A DNA stretch of 64,000 nucleotides from Marsupella aquatica (lineage: Eukaryota; Plantae; Marchantiophyta), in the NCBI GenBank assembly GCA_973895155.1, contig OZ316894.1, forward strand, positions 25,356,709 to 25,420,708, written 5' to 3'. A model generated the notes under the pieces. That model was not told where the DNA came from. It made no database searches and saw nothing but the letters and a program-made list of their open reading frames with translations. Position numbers and translations under genes: made by a program. Shown here piece by piece: positions 1-12,646 of the stretch (its first letter is position 1; the number at the start of each line of letters is the position of its first letter).

Positions 1-348
1 ACAAAAATATCATCGTGCAGATATGTCCGTCATGACCAGTGTAGTTTTCAGCCATTCTGTCAGTCTGGACAATCCGGACGTCAATCGAACTTTCTACCAA
101 ATCTTCATTGTTTCCTCCGTTCTCATGTTCTCTGTGCTTTCCTTTGGCCTCACTACTTCCAGGTGTTCCCTGTTGCAGCATTGGCAAATCACATGTGAAC
201 TCAACTATTCACTGGCTTTTGTAGTCTTTTTTGCTTCTACTTGCCTTTTATTTGTCCATCCGGGGGAGCTGATCCAACGATATTATTGCTGCGTCCACTA
301 GACCTATCCCGAGCTCAAGAAAATTGTTGGCAAAGGAAATCCAAGTAC

Positions 349-979
349 CTGTAGGTTTTGCTTTTCAGAAAGCCCAGCAAGATAAGATCTCGCCTGTGAG
401 TCCTCCCATAACCTGAAACGCAGAAAAAGAAAAAACAAAGAATACAAGGACTTTTACACCCAGTCATCAATGAAATAAAGGATATACAGTGAGGCCAAAT
501 TTTGACAATTTTAAGAACATTACCCAAAGATAGAAGGGAAAACATCAATTTTGAAACGCCAATTATGGAGGAGATTTGACAATTTCATTCTTTCTTCGGA
601 AATGTAAGTTTCAAGGCAAAAACGGGATTCAACGATGGAGGAAGCCCAAACTCTGAAATAATCTTGGCCAAAGTTTGTAATAAGGGAATTAGACATCGCT
701 AACTCCTACACAGTCTGCGGAGCAACAATGGACGCTACCACTTCAAGAATATCAAACAAAAAAGTCTATGAAAATCATAGAATGCTCGTCAAACAAGACG
801 CTCGTCACCTGCCCTGAACAAAATGAAACCTACTAGTGTAGACGAGCATGGGTGAGCGCACTGTACCGCCCGGCAGTGTAGAAACAGGCCAGAAAGGATA
901 TCATGATCATGATCAGAGTTGTCATGCTGGTCTTTCTTCCTGACGCTGGCGGGCCCCTACTCCTCAATCCGCTCCTCAT
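349..979 (-). CDS. 5' part (2 coding exons) of a GT31 hydroxyproline O-galactosyltransferase (HPGT/B3GALT-like); continues beyond the left edge of the window
   Basis: Exons 979-867 and 412-349, bounded by GT/AG, splice in frame to MRSGLRSRGPPASGRKTSMTTLIMIMISFLACFYTAGR-LWEDSQARSYLAGLSEKQNLQ. This matches the type-II membrane anchor plus 'YxAGRLWQD' N-terminus of plant HPGTs. Confidence 0.75.
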
Positions 980-3900
980 GTTTACCCTTCGTCAAGCACC
1001 AGGATATAAAATAATAGGAATGGCTAGGTCTTCTGTTATCCTGCAAATATGTATGTCGCTAAACTACAGTAAGCGGGCGCAACCTTCACTCGTTCTTCCC
1101 GGCATTTCGCGCTCCTGTGTGACAAGGTGGGAAGCTCCCCGAGCAAGAGATCACGATGCCATCGTATCTGCACACGGATGATCTGATGATTTAGACAAGG
1201 CTCTGCGGAACTCAACATGCCCTAACACACCCAACAAAGCCCGAATTGCAAACCCTCAGTCTTATACTCAATGAGAGCAAAACATATCGAGAAGGACCGC
1301 TTACATATTCTACTTGAAACGATAAATTTCAATACAACACTCTCCAATTCAATCGGCAATGAACGCTCGTGCGCGTCCTACGCAATTCGGGTGAACGGGG
1401 CTGCTTTGCATTCCAACCGTTGACATCCCGATAGCTTGTACAATACTCAACGATCTACCGACTAGACTTTTTCAAATCCGTGATCCAGATAAACTATTTG
1501 AGCAAAGTGGATGTCGTCACTTACCTTCAGATTTTAATTTAATTGAAAATGAATGATTGTAGTACAATGATCCACACTCACTCCTGCAGTCGTCCACGTC
1601 CTTCAACCACCGCCATCGTCAAAAATCCTGAAATCAATGTAGGGCCTGCTTCGCAATCTCGTGTTCTGGGGTCTCCACTCCCGCCAAAACTGAAAAACAA
1701 GGGACTGTAAAATGGAGAAAATTAATTACTCCACGGATTGGACACCTACTGGAGTGCCTCCCAAGCTCTACCGGTAATCCACATTCTCTTGCCTAGAGTG
1801 TTATAATCCTTCTCTCTCGTTGTCTCCGAGTACGCCAATCCTCGAGAGTAAGTATGGATTTTGTTTCAGTCGTCCTGATGCCTCTTGCATCTCTCGAACA
1901 TACTGACGGTGAAAGCACGCCAGTCGCTTCGAAAGGCATTCACTCATTTAAAGGCATTAGTTCATTTTCTCCGTCCCCTCCCTAAAGTCGACGATGACCC
2001 CTATTGAACTCATGAATCTTCTCGCACTATCCTTGGCCCTCTTCCCTCCAGCTTCCTGCGATGGATCTTCAAAGAGCACACTCTTCTTCTAGCTGCGGAT
2101 CGTCCTTTGTCATCCAAACCACGTCCGACGTTCGTGAGATCTCAACTCCGGCCGTGCACCGCGCGCAACCCTGCACTCCTCTAGTCCTCTCCCTCTCGCC
2201 AGATCGCACTTCCTCAGCTCGTCTGATGGCCCGTTCTCGACGAAGGCGTGATCAAATCAAACATGCCGGCGACGCAGCCAGTAAAGCCTGGATACTTCTG
2301 TCCTCCTTTCTCCGGTGCGATGCATCTCCGCTCCTCTCTATATCCTCTGCTTGCTTTGCCTTCCAAAGACGACCGTAATGCCGCGCTCTGTTCCCACACT
2401 GAAACCTCCGGCTCCTCACTTTATCATCAATTGTACAATATTGTGATCTGATGGATGGCGCGGCGCACTGGTCAATTGCAGGGGCATCGTATCTACAGCA
2501 GTTTCCAGCATTAAATGCATCGGGGATGACTTCGGTCAATGTTCCTCACCTGTCTTTTTCTCTGCCGCCTTTTCTCGTAATCTTCTTCTCGCTTTCCCCT
2601 GTTCTCACTCCATGGTTGCATTGCGTCTGTCTTCTCTCCGTGTCGTCCTTTCCTACGAGTTGCCGCCCCGATGCTGGTGGTCCGTCATCAATCGACCGCT
2701 GCGCTCGAGTTACGATTCTTCAGCTTGGATCTTCCTGTTCTGCGACCTCTGCTCCACTTTGCTCGGCTGCTCTGTTCCTCTGTTCCTCTCTGTTCCTCTG
2801 TTCCTCAGCATTGTGGCTCTGGATCTCCTGAGTGAGTACGCTGGACGTGATGTCCCACACTCTCACCGACTGGACGGACCGTCGAAGCCTCTCATGATCA
2901 GTGCAGTGGGTTCGTGACGGTGCTACCGACAATATTACACTGGAGATGTGTAGGGTAACCCATGCCCTGGAGGTTGGTAACCCGTGGCTAGGGACTACAA
3001 AGACTTGGAACGCCTAGGCCAGGTTACCTTACACAACCATTTTATTAATGAAGGGTCAACTACAAGCTAAAGTTTAGGTCTAGGTTTCTAGACTGAAATA
3101 TCTAGACAATAACTCCATGGACCATCATGTGGATAGAAAAACTTATGATTATGATATATTTCAAACCATAATCATACATGTTTTTTGTCATAATTTCTCC
3201 ATTCAAAAAATGGCATTATAACATATGTGCATAGAAAGAGAGATGTGCATAGAAAGCAGGATGATATGTTAGGTGTGATTATTAAAATGATAATATGTAT
3301 GATAATTTTTTAATCATTTCATTAACCTTCAAAGAATGTGAATAAGGAATACTTTGTTGACGCTTTTATTCTACTCTCCACTATTCATGTTCAAAGAAGG
3401 GGTAGTTGCGACTAGTGGCCCTCAAACAGGCCATGAGTAAGCAATCTTAAACCCCATACTCTTTTTCACATAAAAAGATTTGAGACTAGCTTGGCTGGGG
3501 ATTATGAGACACTGAACCCAAGGCCAGGCTGGCGAGGGGGTATTGTTGGGGGCTACCTGTGAAACTAGAAAGGAAAAAAGAGAGGGGGTTACCACTTGTA
3601 GAGATGATAGATTTGTACAGAAAATGAATAGTTTGTAATGCATATTTTGAAAACTATTCATCGGGAGGTGTAACTTTTGGGGGGCGTAAGTTTTGTGTTT
3701 TTTTTTAGGGGGGGGTGTTCTTTGTCCCTCTCTTTGCTGTTAGTGTTTGAGGAACGAGGGAGCAGCTCAGAATTATGGTTTGTAGTTTGGACCTTGTTCT
3801 TGTTTCTTTCCATGTGAATGCTGCATGTGTTCAGAGCAGCTCATCATTGTAGTTTGGCATACTTCGAGATAAACATAAATGTAGCAATGCATGGTGATTT

Positions 3901-5319
3901 GCATTGAACTAGCATTTTCAGAGGTGAGTTCAGCCTGTAACTCAAATGGGTTAATTAAAAGTGCCTTTAAACAAAGCGGATAGCTAGCTAAGAGGACATT
4001 ATGTTCTCTATTGTCGCCTATTCTGCTAACTTCGAGGCAACTCACACAGGCAAGAGGAAGACCTTGAAGGCAACTTTGAGTGTAAGACATCCCAACACAA
4101 CTCACTGGCGATTTCTCTGGTTAAATGTTGAGTGCCTACTTTCTTGGACACTGGCTCAGTTGCACTAATCATAGTTTCCCCTCTAGGTTTGTGGTCATCT
4201 CTAGTGCATCATACCTCGTTGGATCATCTTTACTCCTACTTATTTGCCATCAAACAAATGTTTAGACGTGTGTTCTATTCTCAACATACAAATGTTGGAT
4301 CGTCTTTACTCCTACTTACTTGCCATCAATCAAATGTTTAGACTTACTCCTACTACTTGCCATCAAAACAAATGTTTAGTCGTGTTACATGAAAGTTTAA
4401 AGAATACATAAAGCATGTAGTTTTCTGTGTTCTACATACATACATACTCAACATACAAATGTCTTCCCCCACTCAGGAGCACTCAGGAGATTCTGGTGGG
4501 GGATAAAACTAAAACTTGAATCACAAGGTAGGGCAGTTCAGAATAATAGTACCAGATTCCTACGACTATACAACAGAAATACAGAGCTGGGATGATACAG
4601 AGCGCTACATGAGCAAGGGTGAAGGATTTGGCTCGGTAGCCTAGGAGGAGGCAGTCGACCCTACTCTACAGGATCTCATTTATGCAATTCAAGTAGACAC
4701 AAAGACATAGCTCTCAGTTATACAGCTGAAGTAGACACATCAGCAGCTGCCCAGAGGTTAAAATGTCTCAAAAACAAATTGTTGCATTTGCCACATCAGA
4801 TCTAAAAGCGACGACTGTGAAGAGATTCAACCACGCTGGAGTTAAAGAGCGTCACGGGCTGAAGTGTGGGGAATCCTGGCTAAAACCACAGATTATTGAA
4901 ACCCCGATGTAGACCAGACTGCATTGAAATTTGGCATTTTTTTCTAGCCGGTTTTAGGCTTGGTAGGCAGTTGAACTGAACACAAACCTTTTTGACCGAG
5001 GAACTCTAGCATTCCTTGATTTCTATTCCGCCCCAGAGATTTCGTTTCGGCAATTATGACGCAAAGTCGAAAAACGATCTGACAACTTCACGAAGAGCTG
5101 GGTTGTAAAGACAACGATAGGAACAACCATAATCTCGGGTCTTGAATCTGCCGTGAAGCACACCTGATTGACAGTCAGACCCCATCTGGGAAAAAGCAAA
5201 TTCGGTATGTTCCAACTCGTTCAAATATCAACAATAATGACCGCCCCTGATGCCATCGACTCCAGTATTTCTATCATATTTAGCAAAGACAACGCAATTG
5301 CACATGCATCTGTACGATG

Positions 5320-6205
5320 GAGCCTCAGTTGGGAGCTCATAGGGTTCAATTACATCAAAAACGAATTGACAATTACATCTGCATCCGCACCTTTCAGGAG
5401 TTTACGAGTGGGAGCACATGGGATTGAATGATATTAATAACGATTTTACACTTGAACCTGCAGGACTTGGTTGGAGACATCATAGAACTGTCTGACATCA
5501 ACAACGAAATTCAATCTCAATTTGCACCTACCTCTCTCGCTGGCGGCAGGACTTAGTTGGGAGCCCCTAGAATTGCATGGTATCAAAAACGACATAACAG
5601 ACTTGCATCTGGATGCTTATCTCGCAGGACTTAATTGGTTACTATTCAATTTGAAAGGCATCACAAACGAAATAACTTTTGAGATTAGCATAGGTGATCT
5701 TAGGGTCGAATGATACGAGAATTGTAATTGCATGTGCGCCTGCACCATTAACTTGCAGCACTTGGAAGCCTATATGCGGACTTAGTTGCGAAGCTCATAG
5801 AATTTAATGCAATCAGAATGGTATCCACTTGCATCTGCGTCTGTACCTTGCAGGACCTCGTTCGCAGTTCAACGAAATCAAAACCAAAATTGCAGTTGCA
5901 TCTTCATCCTGCATCTCTACGTTGCAGAACTGAGTTGGGAGCTCATTGAATAGCTAGGATTGAAAGATATCAAAGATGATATGACACTCGCCTCTGCACT
6001 TAACTTACAAGACTTAGTTGGGAGTTCGTCAGATTGAATTATTTCAGAAACGAAATTACAATACCATCCGCAACTACAGCTTATAGGATTTAGTTGGGAG
6101 CTAATGGAATTGAATGATGTCAAAAACGATTTACGCTTGAATCTGCATGCGTACCTTACAAGACTTAGTCAGGAGCTCGTAAAATTGAATGCTATTAAAC
6201 ACGAA
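5320..6205. repeat. Degenerate tandem repeat array (~60-75 bp units) downstream of OEP21
   Basis: A dozen or more diverged copies of approx. GGACTTAGTTGGGAGCTCATAGAATTGAATGATATCAAAAACGA (e.g. near 5325, 5463, 5549, 5628, 5778, 5930, 6010, 6087, 6161). Confidence 0.75.
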
Positions 6206-6254
6206 ATTACATTCCCCCCGAGCAGGCGAAACTACTTCTAGGATGTTACACGAG

Positions 6255-6758
6255 TTACAAATCATATCTTACGCTCCATTGGCCACTGCCAGCATTCAAA
6301 GTCCAGTTGTTTTCCCTAATCTGGAGGTAAGGGCTCTGCTCAACAGCATTGTAACCCACTTTAAGTTTCAAATCTTGGTCCTCTGTGAAATTGAATATTT
6401 TGTAGCTCAATTCCACCCTGGCTCTTGCCTGTCCCGCCTGGGCTCGAGGGCTGTAATTATAGCCCCCCTTTAGGTCAATGCTCAATAATCCATCATCGGA
6501 AATAGAAAGAGTCTTCTTCCCTTGAATATCATACGTAATATCTTTCAGCTTGGAATCAAACTTGGCTCCAACATCTACGCTTGTCAGTAACTCCGGCGAA
6601 AACTTCTTCTTAAGCTGAGTTTGTCCTGCGATCGATCCCGTGTGCGTGTCCAGCTTACCATGAATCTGAAACAATATCGATTTGTCCAGGAGAAACTTCT
6701 CCTTCGCGTACAGCATCAGATGTCTGTCTCTACCATCGTACCGCAATGATGTCTCCAT
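6255..6758 (-). CDS. OEP21: Chloroplast outer envelope pore protein 21 (167 aa, no intron in CDS)
   Basis: Begins METSLRY, ends WSVRYDL, and has internal ELSYKIFNFTEDQDLKLKVGY and PYLQIRENNW, all typical of plant OEP21. Confidence 0.92.
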   Translation of the reverse strand: METSLRYDGRDRHLMLYAKEKFLLDKSILFQIHGKLDTHTGSIAGQTQLKKKFSPELLTSVDVGAKFDSKLKDITYDIQGKKTLSISDDGLLSIDLKGGYNYSPRAQAGQARARVELSYKIFNFTEDQDLKLKVGYNAVEQSPYLQIRENNWTLNAGSGQWSVRYDL

Positions 6759-7472
6759 CGCTCCGCAAAACCTAAACCTCGATTCCCAGTTCCAAAAAAC
6801 CCTGCTTCAATGCAAGCTATCACCACCAACAGAACCTTAATTCTGTAAGCAGTCCTGTAAAAGAGTATAGGTCTAGGATACGCAACCTCGTTGCTCCAAG
6901 CAACTCGGAGCGCTCACGGAACTTGCCTGCGAGGTAGAGAAAAAGGAGACCTGATGATCCCCTCTTGTCACAAAACCTCGAGCTGCCTGTTCCGACCCAG
7001 CAGCACTATACTGCTTCGAAAGCGCTCTGTGAAGGCATTCAACCGATCTGTAGCGTTTTCATTCGACTTTACACTTATGGTAAAGCTTCGTGCGCTGGGT
7101 TCGAGAAAATGCACACCACCCAACAATGGGCAACCAACAAAATCCCTCGAAGAACTCCACCAAAAACTTCGTGTCTTGGGTTGCGACCTATCTCTTTATG
7201 TCGGTTGGTCCAAGGCGATCGTCATAGTCTAATAATATCATTTCTGATGATGGAACCCTATTGAAAAAATCGATCTAATCTATTATACAAAGCTCCATGG
7301 AAAGCTAGGATATGGGTGGTCTAGAGTAAAGTTAGGGTAAGGGTGGTCTAGAGTGAAGACTCTTGACCATCAGACCATGACTCTGAGAAGCATCACTTGG
7401 GGTTGGAGGTGTAATTGTACTGGGCACCTTGGTGCTCACCATCTGTTTATGAGCAAATTTCTCGTGTTTTGG

Positions 7473-7775
7473 TCAGTTGGCCAGAGGATGAGCCTAGAAC
7501 CGAGAGGTCCCAGGTTCAATCCTCCCTCCACACATAAGGGGTGTGGAGGGTATGTGTGTGTGTGTGTGGGTGGGGTGTAGTGGTGGGAGTATTGATTATC
7601 TCCTCAGCCCTGGTTGTCCACTTTGGGTTCTGGTTTAATCCTCTCTCCCTCCTGGTCTGGGTCCCTGTCGGATCCCTGGGTATTGTCCCCTTGTGGCTGC
7701 CCTACATAGAAATGCATGCTCCAAAGCAGGACGTCTATCCTCTGTTGGATGGGCCTGCTTTCGGTTTTCAAGGCA
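7473..7775 (+). mobile_element. tRNA-derived SINE with 18-bp target-site duplication
   Basis: Pol III A-box-like TGGTCAGTTGG (7470-7480) and B-box GGTTCAATCC (7513-7522), a GT-rich middle and a short A end. Flanked by a perfect direct repeat AAATTTCTCGTGTTTTGG at 7455-7472 and 7776-7793. Confidence 0.75.
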
Positions 7776-8195
7776 AAATTTCTCGTGTTTTGGCTAATTC
7801 TAATATATATGCATGTTAGTCTTGCATTTTGGCTAATTCTTATATATACGCATGTTAGTCCTGGAACTTTGGAACTTGCTTCACTATCTAGTCTATAAAA
7901 TGGACAATTATAATTATGTTAGAGATATTCAATTTTAGTTTTTATTATAAATATAAGTGTTGTCACAAAAGAAGGGCAATATCTGATCCATTTTGTGGGT
8001 TTTGGATCCTTGGATTTCAAGCCATCATTCTTAGCCTTTTTACGTTCTCTATGTTGGTAAATTCTGAAACAATTATTGTCCCACTTAAGTGCTTTGTAAC
8101 TGCTGCAAATAATTTCATAGATTCCCTTCAAGCTCTTCATTATGATTGTCACATTGATATAAACTTCCCTTTGGAATTTTGGATGAATTCTGGAG

Positions 8196-10076
8196 CTAAG
8201 TGTAGTGACATTCATTCCGGACAATGAATGGGAGGTCCAGACCATCATCCCTGGGCAACCATGAGTGAATTGAAAAGGTCTTCCAGTTGACCTTGATAGT
8301 TTCCACATACCATCTTGGGAAGAAGCCTTTGTCATCGGTGTAAAGAGCTACTTTGCAGATATTCTCAACACAATTTCCGTAGACCGTAAAGGTATCAACC
8401 TGACCCCTCTCAAAGTCATTCAGACCATTTTCTAAGGGGAATGTGACCTGATTCCCATCCTTGTTTTCAAGGCGCACACTTATGCTTGAGTCAGTGGCAG
8501 CTCCAACATCGTGCCCTGTGACAGTCTTTATAGTATAGTTGCATTGCTGAAGGATCTGAAATTATGCCAAAAAAAATCAATGACTTTCTATGGATAAGCC
8601 TAACCCGGCCAGGCCGGTCACTACCAGCAGTAATAAGTGTTAGTGATACCATGGCCCTCCATAATTAGCATCATTTTCCTGAATTTGTGGGGGAGACTAT
8701 GACATAGAATCTAGGATTCCTATCTTATGTGGACAGTTTTAAGTTAGTTATCACAAATTAAAGGTACAAAGATGGTGAAAGGCCTTGTTAACAATATCAT
8801 GCCACATATATAGAGTCAAGGAACTTAATGACACATAAGAGTTCAAAACTGGTTGATGAGAACAACCAAGAATGTGGAGGTTTACAGGCTTTGACATACT
8901 TATCACATGATTTAATTTTCTTTACAAGAGTATAAAAAAAGAACAAACAGGCAGGAAGTGTCTCTAAATTTAGTATTTTGAACTCCTTGTCTTGTTAGTT
9001 CAAGTTTTAATTTGATTATCTCAATTTTAGTTGTACTTTCTATTAGTAGGTATCTATAGCAGTTTCCTTTTCAAAGGTAAGGAAGAAGTTGTCTCCAAAT
9101 CAAGCTCCAAATTATGTGAGTCTATTACAGACCTCATTATGCCAGTTTCATGTAGCCTTTACATAACGGCTGAACAGTTTGATATGAAATGTGAGGACCT
9201 CTCCAAGCACCTTCAATTTTCTTTAAGTTAGGGTAGGTGTCTCAAGTGTATAAGCATTATGAGGCTCAGTTTGGGGATCATCCAAGAGTCGGACATTATA
9301 TCTTGGCAACCTCTCAAAAGGTGATAATATGATTGGCTGCAAGGTTCTTTTTTTGTACTACGTACTATCTGGATGTCTCACACTCTTTCTAGATTTTATC
9401 TGAACAAATCTATGTATCAACTCTAGACAAAGACTAATTTAAATCTTTACTGGTCTTTACTTGATGGATACAATCTCATCAACAATTACTTCACCTAGCT
9501 ATTTCAGTTGAATCTAATTTTGTGAGAAGGGGGAAGAATGGATGAACATATTTTGGAGTCCAAACTCTTCAGATCCTGAACTGGTTATAATGAAAAACAG
9601 CAGAGGATGGAGGACTGATAGACACCCTATCAGGCTAGTCTCAGACTGTCATGAGCATCAATGAAATCTGTGCACCTCAACCTAGTTCTTCAAACAATGA
9701 TAGTCAGTCATCATGTGAGACTTTACTTACAATCAGACTGTCATTGTAATCTAAAGTAGGAGCCACAATCCATGCATGATCAGCCACCAAACAACTAGTA
9801 TTGAGTGTATGTAACCAGCATGAGCTGAAATGCCTCCAAATTCTTGCCTGTTCTTGTATCCTTAGCTTGCTAGTGAGTAGAAAGTTATTCAGGAGAATTA
9901 AGGAAAAAGAGGGGAGAACATAAAGGATAGTGGTCTTCCCTACCACATACCAGAGAAAGGCAACACCCAAGAAAGAGTCTCACCCCATTAGTTGTAGCAA
10001 CAAAGGGACATAAGGGTGCAAGAACAAAAGCCACCACCATGACACGTAGTTGCACTGAACCACATGTCCGTGCCAT
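8196..10076 (-). CDS. Secreted PLAT/LH2-domain protein (2 exons: 10076-9984 and ~8546-8196)
   Basis: Exon 1 encodes a signal-peptide-like segment ending at a GTGAG donor (phase 0). Exon 2 reads CNYTIKTVTG..AATDSSISVRL..FERGQVDTF..C.V.L..D..G..P.WYVE, the PLAT signature. Confidence 0.8.
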
Positions 10077-12282
10077 AGCTAATAGTCAATCTACCCCAAA
10101 CAATATGTATGAGTCTAGATCTGATTGAAATGGTTGATGTAATCTTGTGATTTCTTCAGGTAGACTCTCAACTTTTATTCAACTATGTTCTTGGTCTTTG
10201 TTGGGCTTGCCATCCTAAGTTAATCTGACATGTGCATCTACTCCACAAAGTGACTGTAGTCTTGCATTCTCTGATATGCTGAAGGATAAGTGTGAATGCA
10301 AAGAAATAGGTGTGTTAGTATCCCGGTTAGTATGTGGACAAAGGATCCTCACAATGCGAGCTGATCAATAAGAACTCAACCTTAAGACAAAAGCCATTGC
10401 AGTGCACTGTTGCACATATGGGACAGAATAGCTTCACCTGCTTGTGAAGGTAGTCTGTCCTTTCTGGGCTTTTAGCTATCATTCAAAATCTAAGTGATCT
10501 ACCACTCTATGCATTTGAGATTGATAACCTCCCCAAAGCTACAACCCACCCCCAAGACCTTTTCAGCAAGAGATAGCCCACCATTAATGGAACGCAAATG
10601 AGACAACTTACATTAATTATATAAAATGTAGAATTGAGTCTAAGAAAAATCAAAATTTGATTATCGGATTGATTACTCATCTTCTCCTTGTCAAATGTTG
10701 TCAGATATTGAAGTTGTCATGTCCTGCTATCTTCAAATAGTGAAGGCTCATGGATTTATCAATGACTTATTCTCCAATTTCAATAATAGCAGCAGCATGA
10801 GACCCTTTGTAAGGAGAAACTGGCAATTACAACTCTTGTCTCCAGATAAATCTTAAACCAGATCAAGCACTATTTTGTACACCTCCTCAATAGTTTTCCA
10901 TGGGTCTTTTTCCCAAATAGGTTTCTACCCACAAAAGCACTGAACTCAATAATAGCTTATAGATACCTATTGCTAGGCAGGAGTTTATTGGCCCTTAAGT
11001 TCCTCGGCATGTAGCAATAATAGTGCATTGAAAATATCTGTTAGTGAGTCAGTCACTTCACTTCCACTGAAATCAGTTTATGTTTTCTTACTGGCCACTA
11101 GAATTTCATTGCATTTGGGTTGTAGATGATAATTGAATCCTATCAACTACCCTCTTGATCATTAGATCTCCAGATCCCTCCCTTCAAAAGTCGCGGCGTT
11201 CCAGAAGTATTCATTTCTTAAGTTGGGATGCAACACTCAATGTTTGTTGCTGCAGTGTGACAACAAGTGGAAGCAACGGAACAAATAATTGAAACATTTT
11301 GAGGGAGTAGAGAATTGTGCACCACATTTTGTGAAGACTTGGGTAGTAATTGAAGCAAATTGTATCATTCCTCAATTCATTGGAATGAATGTTGTAGCAA
11401 CCAGAGGTACGTCAATGAGCTGCTCCTGTGATAGGCTGCGTCTCTCTTGATCCACAAATTTATTGCTCACCTGATAATCCATAAACTTCCAAGGAGAAAA
11501 GAGAGAGCAAAAATCTGCCCTTACCAGAAATGCCTAGGGGGTGTCAATGTAGTATGTCATTTGTATCAATCCTCTAATAAAATGGAAACTCATGAGAGAA
11601 TTCAAGGATGCTTTGACAGGTTGAAGACACAGGATATAAAGAAAGTTTCCCCATGATCCTTTAGTCTCTCCTTCTTGCACCTCACCTGATGGGCAATGGC
11701 CATAGGAAATTTGAATTTTTGGAGGATAGATGCTAATGACTTTTGTAGGGACTTACAGTTTCATGCAACAAATAATTATTGGAATTTCAGCTACCAATGA
11801 CTAAATTTTCAGGTTGCTTTTGAGAAACCTTGAAAAAAATTGTATGCATAGTTTATTCTGAGGCTCTGGATGCCCACACTTACTTATCAGTGTAGCTTGT
11901 GAGGTTGCACCACCAAAATTCTTTCATCCTTCAGTCCATCCGCAAGGGAAGCCCTAGATGACTTGAGTAAACCACCAATAAGAATTGTTTGTCTCTTGGG
12001 ACTTTTAAGAAGCCTAGAGGGGCCACAAGGAGGAGTGGCAGGCTACAAAAGGGCATGAGTCATGCTCTGAATGCAAGATTTCTCAATTACAGGCTTGCGG
12101 CTCTAACCAGCAAGTCAAGTAGCTTTAGTTGTCATTGAACTATTCTCCCACCTATTTTACATGATGTGAAGCACTTGGCAGAAGCTAAGGTACATCTGCC
12201 ATGGAAATCGGGTCCCAAATCCAGAGTGGGGGTCTTAGGCTCCCATGACCCTTGTCTTTCCATGAGACCCAAAAGTCAACCC

Positions 12283-12579
12283 TGTAGGAAAACCGTCAGC
12301 TCCAGACTAGACAGCAATGCGGAACTTGAGAGCACTCAATCTCACACTACACCAACAAGACACCACGATCATGGAGAAACTCCTGAAGAATCCATAGCTC
12401 ATGAGATTGAACATGTGAAGAATGAGGGAGAGAATGCTCTCCCTCCAACCTATACCCCCCAAGGGGGACTAAGATGTGTGGGCCTAAATAAATGGATCTT
12501 ATCCTAAACTAACCAAGGGTCAATTAACCCTAATAAGACCAAACTAACTATAGTCAAGAACTCGAGTCAATTCCTAACA
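12283..12579 (-). repeat. 3' LTR of the copia element (297 bp)
   Basis: TGTAGGAA...TTCCTAACA; about 10-11 substitutions and a 3-bp indel relative to 38806-39099 (counted by eye). Confidence 0.95.
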
Positions 12580-12591
12580 ATCTCCACCTTG
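12580..12591 (-). promoter_or_regulatory. Polypurine tract of the copia element
   Basis: Minus strand reads CAAGGTGGAGAT immediately before the 3' LTR. Confidence 0.8.
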
Positions 12592-12646
12592 ACTCTAGTT
12601 CACACAATGAGTCAAGTGATATACAATATGTAACTAAGTAACATAT

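Noticed and set aside
2061-2932. Cluster of overlapping ORFs in a CT-rich block
   Set aside because: Low-complexity translations with no recognisable domain; probably a non-coding repeat or TE remnant.
7470-7530. tRNA gene
   Set aside because: No complete cloverleaf or acceptor stem; it is the head of a TSD-flanked SINE.
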